64,000 nucleotides of DNA, taken from Bispira polyomma. Its lineage: Eukaryota. Below are positions 52,701 through 64,000 of the stretch, piece after piece. Where the stretch lies: contig OZ287758.1 of the NCBI GenBank assembly GCA_965649765.1, forward strand, positions 11,966,001 through 12,030,000, read 5' to 3'. The notes under the pieces were generated by a model. The model was not told the DNA's origin. It saw only the letters and a program-made list of their open reading frames with translations, and did not search any database. Every line of letters begins with the position of its first letter. The first letter of the stretch is position 1. The position numbers and the translations under genes were made by a program.

Positions 52701-55700
52701 CTTAATCCCTGAGGGCATGGTCAACGGATTTCATTCTGTCCATCCACCTATACAATTGACCATTAGTTACCACAATAGTTTTCTCTCCACATATGTGCCA
52801 CATTAAACTGGACACTGAACAACAAGCACAAAATTTGGTGTGCTATTTACATGAAGTTATACCGTTGGTTTTATGATTTTAGGGTTTTAGTATTCTATTT
52901 GTGTGTTTTACATGATTTTGAGTTTATTTGATTAAACATTATCTGCATCAAGATGGGAAAAACTGGGATCACAGATTCTGCTGTTGTGCTTTAGAAGATG
53001 CCTAGCATCAATAAAGCGTGTTAAAATGCATAATATCAATACTAATAATAACTCACACATCCACCATAACCCAGATGTCCCTTTCATGACAGGAGGCCAC
53101 AAGGTTATGGAGGTCCTCTTCAGTACCATAGTGAGAATTCACTTCATAGATATTCTTAGCCCAGTAACCATGGTAGCCATTGGGCACATTCTCCACAATG
53201 GGGGATATCCAGATAGCATTAGCCCCTAAGTCATCAATGAGAAATATAGTTTTATTAGGATTTACATTTTCATAATGATTTTAAAGTTAAACACATGTTA
53301 TGTTATTTCAACAGCTTTTTTAATTTTAAATTAATTATGCTTCAATAAAATTAAAATAAACCCTGCACTATGTGGAAAAAACCCCATTTAATTTCCTGAA
53401 TGTGTATCGCCCTGTATAATCGGGCAGTGTAATCAGAAATGAACGCAAAATGTCAGGGCTATAGAACAAACTATATTAAGACCTGCATTCAGTTATTCTG
53501 TTATAACTCTTTTTCCAGAAAATATTTTGTCACTATGATTATCTGTATTGTGAAAAGTCTACACTTCCGTTGATAACAATAGAAGACAGACATTGTTTAG
53601 TGAATGTGATTTAGTTTTAAGAAACAATAGATACAATACCTAGGTTTTCTATATAGTCTAATTTGTCAATAATTCCCTGCCAAGTGCCATTACACCATGT
53701 GCTCAAGTCTTCACATTCCGGATCATCAGGACCCCCAGTCTTGGCAAAGCGATCTGTTAGCACCTAAATATTGTATTGTATATATTTTAGTGCACTTTAT
53801 TTAATGCGAGACATCTTTTAAAGTTTAATAACCAAACTGATCAACCAATTATGTATCCTACAACATAGCCTGGGTCGTCATCAGTAATAGTCTAGTGAAT
53901 TTAGGCCCCAAAATAGGTCAACCTAGAAATAATTGCAACAGAATTTTATGGATGACAGAATGGATGGAAATCTATATATGTTTTACATGTTTTAATCACA
54001 TACTAAAAATATAGGAAAATATAATGGATAGAAATCCATATATGAGGGATAGGAAGGATAAGTGAGAAAGAGGGGGAGCCAGTGAGAGAAAGGAGGGGTC
54101 ATTGAAAAAAGGGGGAACTGAGTGTGAGAAAGAGCGGGGTGGTAAGTGAGAAAAAGATGGGGGTAAGGAGCGAGAAAGGGGGGGACGATAAGTGAGAGTA
54201 GGGGAGGGGGGTAAGTAATAGAAAGAGGGAGTAAGTGAGACATGGGGAGGTAAGTGTGGAAAACAAGGAGGGGAGGGGAAAGTTAGAGAAAGAGATGAGT
54301 GGAGCTGGAGAGTGAGAAAAACATGGGATAGGAGGGGTAAGTGATACATAGGGGGAGTGGTAAGTGAGAAAAAGATGGGGGGGGGTTAGTGCACGAAAGA
54401 GGGAATAGGAGGGGTTAGTGAAACATAAGTGTGAAAAAGGTGGGGTTATTCGTGAGAGAAAGATGGGAGTAAAAGCGTGAAAGGGGGGCAGTAGGTGAGA
54501 CATGGGGCGGGGGTAAGTGTGAAGAAGGGGGAAAGTTAGAGAAAGAGGGAGTAAGTGAGAGGTACGTAACAAAAAGAGATGGGGTAAGAGAGAGAAAGAG
54601 TTAGGTAAGGTGACTTAGACAGAGGTAGGAAGGTAGCAGGCGGTAAGTGAGAGAGGGTAAGAGAGAGAGAACGGTGGTAGGGGGAGTTAGAGAGAAAGAT
54701 AAAAGGCAAGGGAGAATGGTGTAAGGTCAGGACAGAGAATGACAGGGTGATGGGGGCAGGCAGTAAATTTCAGCAACTGTCTTACTTTTTTTCATTTTTA
54801 TAAAATTTATTCAAATATACATGTTAAAAACAAGTACAAAATCTCAACAAAAAATACAGACATAGCATACAAAAGATATATATGTACAAAAAACCTGTAG
54901 GATATAATCCCTATAAATTAAAGTTAAGGCTTTCAAATAAAATTTTCAAAATGAAAGGAAAACTGTACTATACTAATACACAAACAACTAAATCAAATTA
55001 TGGTTGTAAAGATTTGAATAATAGAAAAAAAACAAAAGTTATTGTGAAAATTAATAGAAATATGACAAAACTTAAAAGAAAAAAACAATTAGAAAATCTT
55101 ATCTGTGTCAAGTACTTCTAAACATACATCAAAGAAATCAAGCCACAAAGAAAAAAGAAAAGAAAAAACAACAAAAAAACTACAAATACATATAAACATA
55201 AACCATACATATAAAAATAAACTGCTCCACAAAATGGTTGTTAAATGATGAATATTAAATCAAAATAAAAATTCCAAATACCTGTTTCTAACTTTACATA
55301 TAATTGTATTAAAAGCCCATAAATTAAGAAATTTTGATTTTTCTAAACGTAAATAATCTGCTCTAATTCTAAGTTTTAAATTACTAATAAAAATACACTT
55401 TATAAAATTACTATTTACATTATTCTCATTAAATTTTTGTTTATTTCTACAAATCCAAATGACCCAACGTGCTTCTGCTAACAATATAATATACAACTGA
55501 TTAAGATTTTTAAATTTTGATTTTTTAAAAGTATTAAAAACTACATTTTGAGAACTAATACATACATTAGAAGATGAGATCTTTGACAAAAGGTCCTCAA
55601 TAAAAAACCATAAGGCATTGATTAAAACACAGTCAAAAAATAAGTGTTCCAAAGTTTCCACATGAATAGTACAAAAATAGCAATTTGGATTTTTAACAAT

Positions 55701-58700
55701 ATTAAATTTATATAAATAATTATCAACTGGCAAAACTCGATGTAAAATTCTAAATGTAACATCCCTACTTTCAGGTGAAATACTAGATAAACTTAAATTA
55801 CTAAAAGCTTCTTTATAATTGACATGAACATTACATTTAATAATTCTAGGAATACTGACAACTTTCGGTAATAACATTTGATAAACACTTTTAACAGTAA
55901 CACTCTTTAAATCAACAGCTGGCTGTATACTTAACAATTCTTTAAAATTCTCTAAAGCAAACTTATAAAAATCAGGCTTTTCAAAACTACATGGAGTACT
56001 GTTTAAAGAAGAGATATCTGACATATATTCACGTAAATCAAGTTTCAACCAATATAAAGTAAAATCATTCCATTTTTTATAATGACCATGAAGAAAAGCT
56101 TTTAATTTTGTTTCAATATGAATAAGACCTAAACCCCCTTCTAAATAACCATTATATAAAGTACTTCTATTCACACATTCTGTCTTATCCGACCACACAA
56201 AATGAAACATAACAGTAGTAAACTTTTGCAAATAAACAGAACTTAAGTTAAAAACAGAACCACAATACCACAACTTATTCAGAGCCAAAGAGTTTAAAAG
56301 TACACCTTTCCCTTTTAATTTTAAATTCCTATTTTTATTCATATTAATCACCCTTTGAAATTTATCCCAGACTGAATCCCAAGTTTCCATCATGAAATTA
56401 TTATTTCCAAATTTAACCCCACAAATTTTTAAAGAAACCCTTGTCCATTGTAATCCATATAATCTTTCATCCATATCTCCCCAATCACCAATCCAAAGAC
56501 AAAAAGACTTTTCTTTATTTAATTTAGCCCCAGAGGCCAAACCATAAAGTTCTGAAATATTTAAAATTTTTACAACTGAAAGACGATCTAAAATTACAAA
56601 ACTACAATCATCAGCATATTGACTAATCCTTATCTCAGACTTACCCCCTGGAATTTTAAAACCCTTAATATGACCATCATTCCTAATTACATGAGCAAAT
56701 GGTTCTATACTTATAACATATAACAAAGGAGAAAGACTACATCCCTGTCTTACACTACGCTGAACCTCAATAATATCTGTAAAAAAACCATTCACCAAAA
56801 CAGTACTTTTAATATTATGATATAAAATATGTACTCATTTTATTAAGTCAGATCCAAAACCAAATTTCTCTAAAACACTAAACATAAAACTATGATCAAC
56901 ACGATCAAAAGCTTTGGCCTGATCTAAAGATAAAATTATACATTTCATATTTTTTTGATGGGAATAATCAATGACATTTCTCAAAAGGTGAACATTATCC
57001 AAAATTGACCTTCCTAAAACTGCTGCTGTTTGATCTATATTAATAATGTTTCCCAACACAAGTTTAATTCTATTAGTCAAGGACTTACTCATAATTTTAT
57101 AATCAACACATAAAAGAGTTATAGGTCGCCAAAAGTTAAGTAAATGAGGCTTTTCTGAATTTTTACAAATTAAAGTTACCACCCCGAATCTTTGACTTTC
57201 AGACAAAGTTCCCAATTCAAAACAAGTATTAGCCATTTTAAAAAAATAATCGCCCAAAAAGTCCAAAAATTCAACATAAAATTCCTTTGGTAACCCATCA
57301 ATTCTTGGTGATTTTCCATTTTTCATTTTAATTAAAGACTTATATAATTCAAATTTTGTTAAAGACCCTTCACATACTAATTTCTGTTCATTTGTTAAAA
57401 CTGGCAAATCTTTTGTAAAATAATCAATTAAACTCTGATCTACCTCTTCTTTACTAAATAATTCCTGATTAAACTTTTTAACATGCCTTAAAATATCATC
57501 TTTTTTATCAACAAATATGCCATTTTCAATTTCTAACTTTTTAAGTTGCTCCTTCTGGGCTCTTTTAGATTCTAACCTTAAAAAATATCTAGATGGCTTT
57601 TCATTAAAATCTAAAAGCTTAGCCTTTGACCTGACCTTTGCCCCTTCACTCATTGAATTTAGAAAATTATTTATGTCAATTTCTACTTTTTCGTAATCTT
57701 CCTTGTATAAATCTGGGTTTGAGAAATGCAATTTTTTAACTTTAAAGTATTCTTTCTGTAAACTTTTATAATTATCCCTGTTAGCCTGACTTAATCTCTT
57801 GGAATGTAATTTAACCAAAGCCTTACATTTCTGTTTAAAAGTGTCCCACTGACAAGGTTCAATTCTGCTTTTGGAACTAAATTCTTTCTGACATAAATCT
57901 TTTAAGTCCAATCTTAAAAACGGATCTTTCAAAATTAAACTATTACACTTCCAAAAACCTGGACCTATTAAATTATCAAAATTAGACAAATCAAAAACAG
58001 TCTTAACCAAACTATGATCAGTAATGGCAAAAGGCATAGGCACATGCGAAACAGAAGAAACAGAATTAATAAAACTTTTTGAAACATAAAACCTATCTAG
58101 TCTACACAAAATTTTCCTGTCACCAAAAGTTCCCTCCCAAGTAAATTCCCTTTTATTCTTATACAAAGCTCTGTAAGGGTCCCCCAAACAAAAGTCACTT
58201 TTTATTAGATTAAGTTCATTACTACCAATATCCCCCCTACCAATATTACCACCTTTTTTATCCAAAACTAAGTCTTCCACAAAATTAAAGTCACCCCCAA
58301 AAAGTAAAGTTCTTTTAGTAACAAAATATCTTGACAATTTAAAAATAAGACTTTTTCTTTCTTTTTGATCATTCGGCATATATACATTAATCATTCTAAA
58401 TTCTACATTATTAATTGTAACATCTAACACTAAAAACCTCCCCTCAAAATCAAAACTGAAAAATTAAGATTTGAACTTAGCAAAATAGCCACCCCACACG
58501 AGTGTTTTCTGAACCCTCTTACATTTAAAGATCCTATATTTAACCCATTAGAAAAGGCCATTTTGAAATAAAAGTACAAAAAAAATATACAAAAACTTTC
58601 TAATACATGTGAAAAATAACAACATACAGTTGCTTAAACTCACAAAGTATATATATATAAATAGATACAATTTTTGACAATAATACTAATAAAAATCAAG

Positions 58701-61493
58701 CAAACAATGTCTTTAATCATAATCAAAAATCATAATCCAGTCCATAAAATATAATCACAAACCTTGTTCTGTCATGTCCATAATCCAAAAAATCATAAGT
58801 CCATAAACAGTTCAGAAATCAAAACCACGAAATCACTTTAACTTAGCTTTTTTCAGTTTCTTTTCCTTATCTTTATCGTCCTTTATCTTGGTCTTGTTCT
58901 TGGTCTTGGATCCAGACCTTGTGTCTGGTCGTTTTGCAGCCACCTCTACAACACTTTCTACACTCTCACTCCCACTACAGTCCGCCTCTGTATCACTTAT
59001 AGTCCCAAAAAGTCCATCTGCAGAGGGTAAACTTTTGTCTAGTGAATCATCCTGATTACTGTCTACCTTTATAATCTTAGGCTTGTCTGTCTTATCCGTA
59101 TCCTTAGTGCTCTTACTGTCCAGACTGCTCACTGACTGCTCTGCCTTCCCTGCCTTCCTGTCATCATCCACTATCTTCGCTGTCTTCCTGTCATCATCCA
59201 CTGCCTGCTCGTCCTCAGGTACATCCATCTGGGTATCATCCGCTACACCTTGCTGCTGTTGGTCCACAGTTGTCCCCTTTGCCTTTGCTGCATATGAATT
59301 CGCAAGCGAGCACTCCTCTGATGAATGCGTAAACAGCTTACAGAATCGACAAAAGGATGCTGAGCACTGTGCACGTGTGTGGCCAGTTCGCTTGCAGCGA
59401 AAGCACACTGGGCCACGGCCAGGGACAGTTACCAACATCGGATAACTCTTGTTGTCATAAAATATTGATGACAAAGACGGTACCTCAACACCTTCATCCA
59501 ACTCCAAAACAAAAGAACGAACTGATGACTTCACACTTTTGTAACCGTCTATTCTACTGTGGTCCCAGTCTGCTGAATGTACAATTCCATATTGGGAAAG
59601 GCTAACAATTACATTAGACATAAGCATAAACACTGGAAGCCAGTGAATCCTTACAGTAGTAAACGTTTTGTTCATTGAGAAAACCCGTCCTCTCATATCC
59701 CGAATCGTCGGAGTACTTGGAATTAGCCTGACTGCCGCTTCCTTGGTGTTGACAGTCACCAACCATTTACTGTTGTCTGCAATAGGACCTACTGCAGCTA
59801 AATCATCTGCAAACACACCTACCTCTGCCAGAGAATGAAAAATTTCATCTCTCAAATAAGGTTTCCCTTGAGGAGGAAAAGTAACTTTAACTGTATACTC
59901 TCTGTTCATCTCCACAGATCCTGTACAATCGAAATGAAATATTGACTCCAGAATTGATGACTGATGCACTGACTCCCTCATATTAGCTGCAGCCTTCTCA
60001 TACATTTGATTAGTCGAAATGTTTTTGAAGTCTGAGAATGCTTTGTTGATAGCCAAATTAACTACTTCCACATCCATGGTACTCAAAACAAAATTCTAAC
60101 TACTAAATTTTTTAATCCAAACTTTGCAACTGAAACATAAAGTCACCTCCTTCGTGATCAAGGTGTCCTTTGTGCCAGGTAAGTATCAAACAACAACTAT
60201 CTTACTCTTCCATCTTTCCTCTTACTTACCAAAGCAGTGCATACATGAAAGGTTTAGAACTTGTTTATGTAATATGCTGCAGTGGTTAACTTATGGTTGG
60301 TAATGTATGAATAATTTAGTTGTTTTGTGCTTTAGATAATGTTGTTAAATTCATAAATTTATGCATTCCTTCATTATGTCCTGTTGTAAATAATTTATTC
60401 ATAGCATTCCGTAGCCACCATAACTTAATTACTTCAATGTAGTACATGAACAGTTTGTGTATGTTCCTTTGGCATGAAAGGTTAAAGGAAGTTTAATGAT
60501 ATTAACATAATAAATATAATTGGTAGGGGTTCCTCCCCTTTTTCTTTCCTTTCTCACTTTCCGTGTATTTTATTTTATTTATTGAAGCAATGTCCACCAT
60601 ACACAAAGTCATTATGATTCCACTATGTGAATTGGACCAGTCTTCTCTGTGCAAATACGTATCTATTTGCCAAGTCAAACTGCCCTCATATAATGCGTAA
60701 GAGAAAGGGACTTGAAGAAATTGTAGGACAGTGGTGGCCAAGTGGTTTTCAAGTGTTAACTTTAATATACCCAGGTTCCCACATGTATCTGAGAACCGTA
60801 CAGATTGAAGCCCATGCATATGGGAAAGTTTGCGGGTACTTGTCATATGTGGCCATCACTATAGAAACCAAAGATGTTGAAAAAATTAAATTTAAATATA
60901 TCAAATGTAACTATCACTGCTACTGTTAAAATTTTTTAACTGTACTTTTATTTTGGTAACTACACAGTTTTCTGGAAATAAATTTACCCTTTTGTAATGT
61001 CTTTGGATGGTCATACTTCCGCTCCATATATACAAATGGGGGCCGTAGTGCCTTAGTGGATATACGTAGTTTCATTCACAATCACTGACCTCTCACCATT
61101 GTGGTTTTGATTCCTGTTTGTCACTTTATGTGGGAAAGTTTTGCAGGTACTTGCCGCAGGTATGTGGTTTATAGTGCTTCAGCTGTGCTTTCTAGCGATC
61201 TTGATATATTACCTCATCTGTTAAAAGCGACGTAAAACTAAGTGCTAAATTCCATACCATACAAGCGTTATTTTCTGATATTTAAGATTTATGAAAAAAG
61301 TTTCTCTGACAAAAAAAATGGCACTTAAATGGACTAATAAATTTATTAAAGAATAGAATATTCTATGCATCCTATGGAGTGTCTTTACCTGGTATATAAT
61401 TCTAGATTTCCATTCTTCAGGAGTTCTTTGACCTTGAACAACCAAGGCAACACAAAAAACGCAGAAGATTGCAGACTTTAGCATCTTCAGCAT
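43665..61493 (-). CDS. Secreted alpha-amylase, GH13 subfamily 1 (fungal/Taka/Dictyostelium type), 11 coding exons, 482 aa
   Basis: Exons 61389-61493, 53640-53763, 53057-53225, 52039-52204, 50996-51133, 49204-49391, 47035-47179, 46302-46412, 45776-45889, 44906-44987 and 43665-43771; all introns GT-AG with consistent phases, total 1449 nt. Motifs: signal peptide, [74 protein letters not shown]. Confidence 0.93.
44151..44393 (-). mobile_element. SINE family A, full length, in amylase intron 10
   Basis: GGGGCCGCGGTGGCCTAGTGG head, GAGTTCGACTCCC B box, (CAATT)n tail. Confidence 0.85.
44906..44987 (-). CDS. alpha-amylase exon 10 (domain C)
   Basis: tttcag acceptor; gtaagt donor in phase 1, matching exon 11. 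Confidence 0.78.
45776..45889 (-). CDS. alpha-amylase exon 9 ([10 protein letters not shown]...LVFTR)
   Basis: tttcag acceptor, gtaggt donor. Confidence 0.85.
46302..46412 (-). CDS. alpha-amylase exon 8 ([26 protein letters not shown])
   Basis: tacag acceptor, gtaaag donor. Confidence 0.92.
46700..46940 (-). mobile_element. SINE-like repeat; its tail recurs at 53820-53886, cut by the host repeat
   Basis: Reverse tRNA-like head CCCGTAGCCGAGTGGTTAGGG; TCAACCAAT.ATGT.TCCTACAA.ATAGCCTGGGTCGT shared. Confidence 0.65.
47035..47179 (-). CDS. alpha-amylase exon 7 (ADNHDFPRF)
   Basis: tgtag acceptor, gtatag donor. Confidence 0.9.
48709..49191. mobile_element. MITE in amylase intron 6
   Basis: CCAGGAGCGGTATTCACTAA ... 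TTTGTGAATACCCCCCCCTGG TIR, with an inner GGTATTCAC / GTGAATACC pair. Confidence 0.7.
49204..49391 (-). CDS. alpha-amylase exon 6 (DFW...LMGECW, acid/base Glu)
   Basis: gtcag acceptor, gtaagt donor. Confidence 0.88.
50996..51133 (-). CDS. alpha-amylase exon 5 (LPDLN...GYRVDTVKH, catalytic nucleophile Asp)
   Basis: gcag acceptor, gtaagt donor. Confidence 0.92.
52039..52204 (-). CDS. alpha-amylase exon 4 (VPNHMG, domain B)
   Basis: ttcag acceptor, gtaact donor. Confidence 0.9.
53057..53225 (-). CDS. alpha-amylase exon 3 (ANAIWISP...YHGYW...VMVDV)
   Basis: ttag acceptor, gtgagt donor. Confidence 0.9.
53640..53763 (-). CDS. alpha-amylase exon 2 (VLTDRFA...LDYIENLG)
   Basis: tttag acceptor, gtattg donor, GH13_1 motif. 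Confidence 0.9.
54040..54725. repeat. Degenerate purine-rich minisatellite (GGGGTAAGTGAGA...), same family as 17935-19345
   Basis: Directly visible; same position within the host repeat. Confidence 0.9.
55260..58561 (-). pseudogene. Tx1 copy C ORF2 (APE endonuclease, reverse transcriptase), short EN deletion and two frameshifts
   Basis: [19 protein letters not shown] joins directly to CGVAILL; ORFs 56835-58430 and 55260-56798. Confidence 0.9.
58833..60077 (-). CDS. Tx1 copy C ORF1, gag-like nucleic-acid-binding protein (ZCCHC3-like region, 2 zinc knuckles, acidic then basic tail)
   Basis: Open frame from ATG at 60077; [14 protein letters not shown] and [14 protein letters not shown]. Confidence 0.88.
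   Translation of the reverse strand: MDVEVVNLAINKAFSDFKNISTNQMYEKAAANMRESVHQSSILESIFHFDCTGSVEMNREYTVKVTFPPQGKPYLRDEIFHSLAEVGVFADDLAAVGPIADNSKWLVTVNTKEAAVRLIPSTPTIRDMRGRVFSMNKTFTTVRIHWLPVFMLMSNVIVSLSQYGIVHSADWDHSRIDGYKSVKSSVRSFVLELDEGVEVPSLSSIFYDNKSYPMLVTVPGRGPVCFRCKRTGHTRAQCSASFCRFCKLFTHSSEECSLANSYAAKAKGTTVDQQQQGVADDTQMDVPEDEQAVDDDRKTAKIVDDDRKAGKAEQSVSSLDSKSTKDTDKTDKPKIIKVDSNQDDSLDKSLPSADGLFGTISDTEADCSGSESVESVVEVAAKRPDTRSGSKTKNKTKIKDDKDKEKKLKKAKLK
61389..61493 (-). CDS. alpha-amylase coding exon 1 (signal peptide to WKSRIIYQ)
   Basis: ATG at 61493; CAG|gtaaag donor. Confidence 0.88.
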
Positions 61494-62919
61494 TTCTATG
61501 AACTGTATAGTGAATATTTAAAAATCTGTTGAATTAAATTGTATAATTGTGATAATATAAACAAAAATATTTTTTTGACTGTTTATGTAATTATGTACTC
61601 CTAATAGTTTATTCATCATCAATCAACATAGCATTTTTGTGAATTCATTTTAATTAATTTTTTTCTTTGTTATTTTAATATGTAATTAATGTTGTGACCA
61701 TGTTTCAGCCTTAGAACATTTTATGTTAGTAATCATATTTATGTACACAAACTGTGTAAGTGATGAAATTTTAATTCATAAAATTGAGAATCTTACACTT
61801 CTTACCTTACAGTGCTTTCCCTTAGAATATTTCTAACAGTACGCTTATCTTTCTCATATATTCCTGTAACAATTTTAGAAAAGTACAGACCTATTTAGCA
61901 GATATCATGTGGTTATCAGCCATCTGGTTAGTAACATAAAAGTATGCTGGTCACAATATCTCGAGATCTTCATCACTGCTTAAAAAATTTAGATTTGGTG
62001 TATTGCATCTAAACATGATGGTCGATATAATGATTATATAATACCTTTGCCTATTTAAATTAGACCTGACAATTTCCCCATTGACAAAATGTACTCTATT
62101 TTAATTTATATTTTATTATTCGTGTATAAATTTAATATAAAGTACACAAAATTGCAATCTAACCTGTATAAATATATATGCCTTTACTGCACTTGCCCTA
62201 GATTGTTTATTCTTATCTATTTTGCTCATTTGTGTATTTTACATAAGTTATGGCCAACAAAAGAGAAGGTGTGTGTGACAGGACAGGATTCTACTTTTAT
62301 CTCTGTGATAAAGACGAGACCTTTAAACATTATCTATCATCTAAGAACTGAAAACTGTGATGAGACACTCTTGAGTCTTGCCGTGCATTATTTTATTGTA
62401 TTGCACAATTTGGTTTTACTTATTTTTTTATTGATACTGCATAATTTAAACTTAAAACCGACGGAAGAATATACTATTTCTGTGTACTGAAGGAAATACC
62501 CGGATGTAACCAGTTACAAATAGTCATTGTATTCTGTCATCATTTTGTAGCCATCACTAATCGGCCACGGCACAAATAGCAAGCAAAAATAATCGCCTTT
62601 CTACTTAGGTTGTGGCCGTAATAATTAAGACTATAGCCGTACACAAGATTTATGTAAGATTTATACACACAAATATCAAACATTAGACAAAATTCTCATT
62701 TTAAATATTGTATATAACCATAGATCTATGCTGCAACAGACTAGCAAAGTTTTTCCGAAGAGAACCTTTTTCTGGGATGGATGGCTTCAAAAAGCCACAA
62801 AATGGCGACAGAAAATCCGGTCAAGTTCCAGATAGCACTAAAAAGAGACACACCACAGATGACTCCAAGCATTTTATAATGGCCTCATGTATAATTTAAA
62901 CACTGAATTCTGTTGTGCA

Positions 62920-63172
62920 CAGGCGTGCATAATACGGGTCAGGTCATAATAGGGTTTGGGTCATAATACAAGTTAGGTCATAATACCATCCGGCATGATT
63001 TTTTAAGTACTAAACCTCGGAAAATATAAATGCAAACACATTTAACCTAAAGAATATCAATGAGACTACAAAAAAAATAAAATGTGTGTCACATATATCC
63101 ATATATCCATGTTTTATGTCCATTAATATGCGTCAACCCATATTATGACCAGACCGAAATTATGAAAGCCTG
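62920..63172. mobile_element. MITE with CAGGC...GCCTG termini and GGTCATAAT subterminal repeats (hAT-like ends)
   Basis: CAGGCGTGCATAATACGGGTCAGGTCATAAT versus ATTATGACCAGACCGAAATTATGAAAGCCTG; no TSD found. Confidence 0.65.
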
Positions 63173-64000
63173 CGTACAAACATTTTGTTAATGTACTGGA
63201 CCACAGGAAAAGCATTACTTTTAGGGTGTCGACTGCTTGCTGAAAGATACGGTCCTAGTACCAATAACACTGTTGATGACAATGGATGTGAAAAAAGGGT
63301 TAACTAGATTTGTCTGAATGGGCCATTTGATAAGTATTAATGTATTGGGCCCTGTTACCATAACCCAGCGTCCATGTTCTGTTGGATTGCTAAAAGTGTT
63401 AACGACTTTTCAAGAATGTTTGTGCAAGTGTATCCTGTAAACTTTCTAAATGCCAAATAAATAACAACACTGTAGCTGAAGCCATTTAAAACTCAATTGA
63501 TTATAGTTTTATATTTTATTTAATGTAAACATGAATGACACATGGAACAGACATACATACATATATATATACATAGTTCTACACAAGTATTCATGTTTTA
63601 ACTTATGTAACAAATATATAAATTATACACTGTACATAAAACAGCAGTGTACTACTATTTGAACAGTAACATTGGAGGTGACTCAAACCAAAGTTGCTAC
63701 ACAATGCCCTTACTAGGATCACAGATAACAGATCTTAATGACTCTCTAAGATATACACAAAACATGTATCCCTGATATAATATATTACTTCTTCCTAATA
63801 TGTACGTTTAAATACAATAACAAGCATACATTACACATAAAACAGTAGCAACAAGAGTTGCCTTTTAAAAAAGACACAGGCGTACAGTAAGAAAAGAACG
63901 CTAACATTAATATTGCCACTATATACTCCGACTGGCAAGGCATGCCTACAAATATTTACACCCCTCAGTTTGAATCGGTTGATTGTTTCTAACTAGTCCA

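Larger units (their letters stand above)
54787..60190 (-). mobile_element. Tx1-clade non-LTR retrotransposon copy C (near full length) in the first coding intron of the amylase gene
   Basis: Intact ORF1; ORF2 with APE, RT (QGCSLSP, YADD) and zf-RVT; TSD CAGCAACTGTCTTACT (54771-54786) versus CAACAACTATCTTACT (60191-60206), 14/16 match; AATAAA plus A-tail. Confidence 0.95.
53888..60550. mobile_element. Host repeat copy 2 (left terminus, minisatellite, Tx1 target, downstream module; right terminus not found)
   Basis: TAGTCTAGTGAATTTAGGCCCCAAAATAGGTCAACCTAGAAATAATTGCA matches 17856-17905; 60207-60550 matches 28705-28886 plus 35334-35490. Confidence 0.7.

Noticed and set aside
17856-60550. Segmental duplication as the explanation for the shared Tx1 flanks
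   Set aside because: The Tx1 copies are far more diverged than their flanks, have different junction offsets and separate TSDs, and sequence outside the host repeat is unrelated.

Overview
AT-rich metazoan genomic DNA, probably lophotrochozoan (inferred from the SINE types, TRIM expansion and GH13_1 amylase), with one assembly gap (7141-7303). There are three host genes: two paralogous TRIM genes with single-exon CDSs (RING, B-box, coiled coil, beta-propeller; + strand, 14272-16428 and 40879-42855), and an 11-coding-exon fungal/Dictyostelium-type (GH13_1) alpha-amylase on the - strand (43665-61493, 482 aa, reconstructed by hand). The rest is nested mobile DNA. The main observation is that three strongly diverged Tx1-clade (L1 superfamily) retrotransposons, all retaining their 5' ends, sit in the same orientation within about 10 bp of the same motif (GGGGGCAGGCAGTA(T/A)ATTTCAGCAACTG). 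That motif lies inside two copies of a non-autonomous, TAG...CTA-ended DNA-transposon-like host repeat carrying a purine-rich minisatellite. Two of the Tx1 copies are stacked in tandem, and one host copy also contains a Ngaro/DIRS-type tyrosine-recombinase retrotransposon with a candidate in-frame gag-to-YR splice. A 2.6-kb TG...CA element with a 4-bp TSD, several MITEs, tRNA-headed SINEs and LINE fragments complete the window. All calls were made by eye; no database searches were run.
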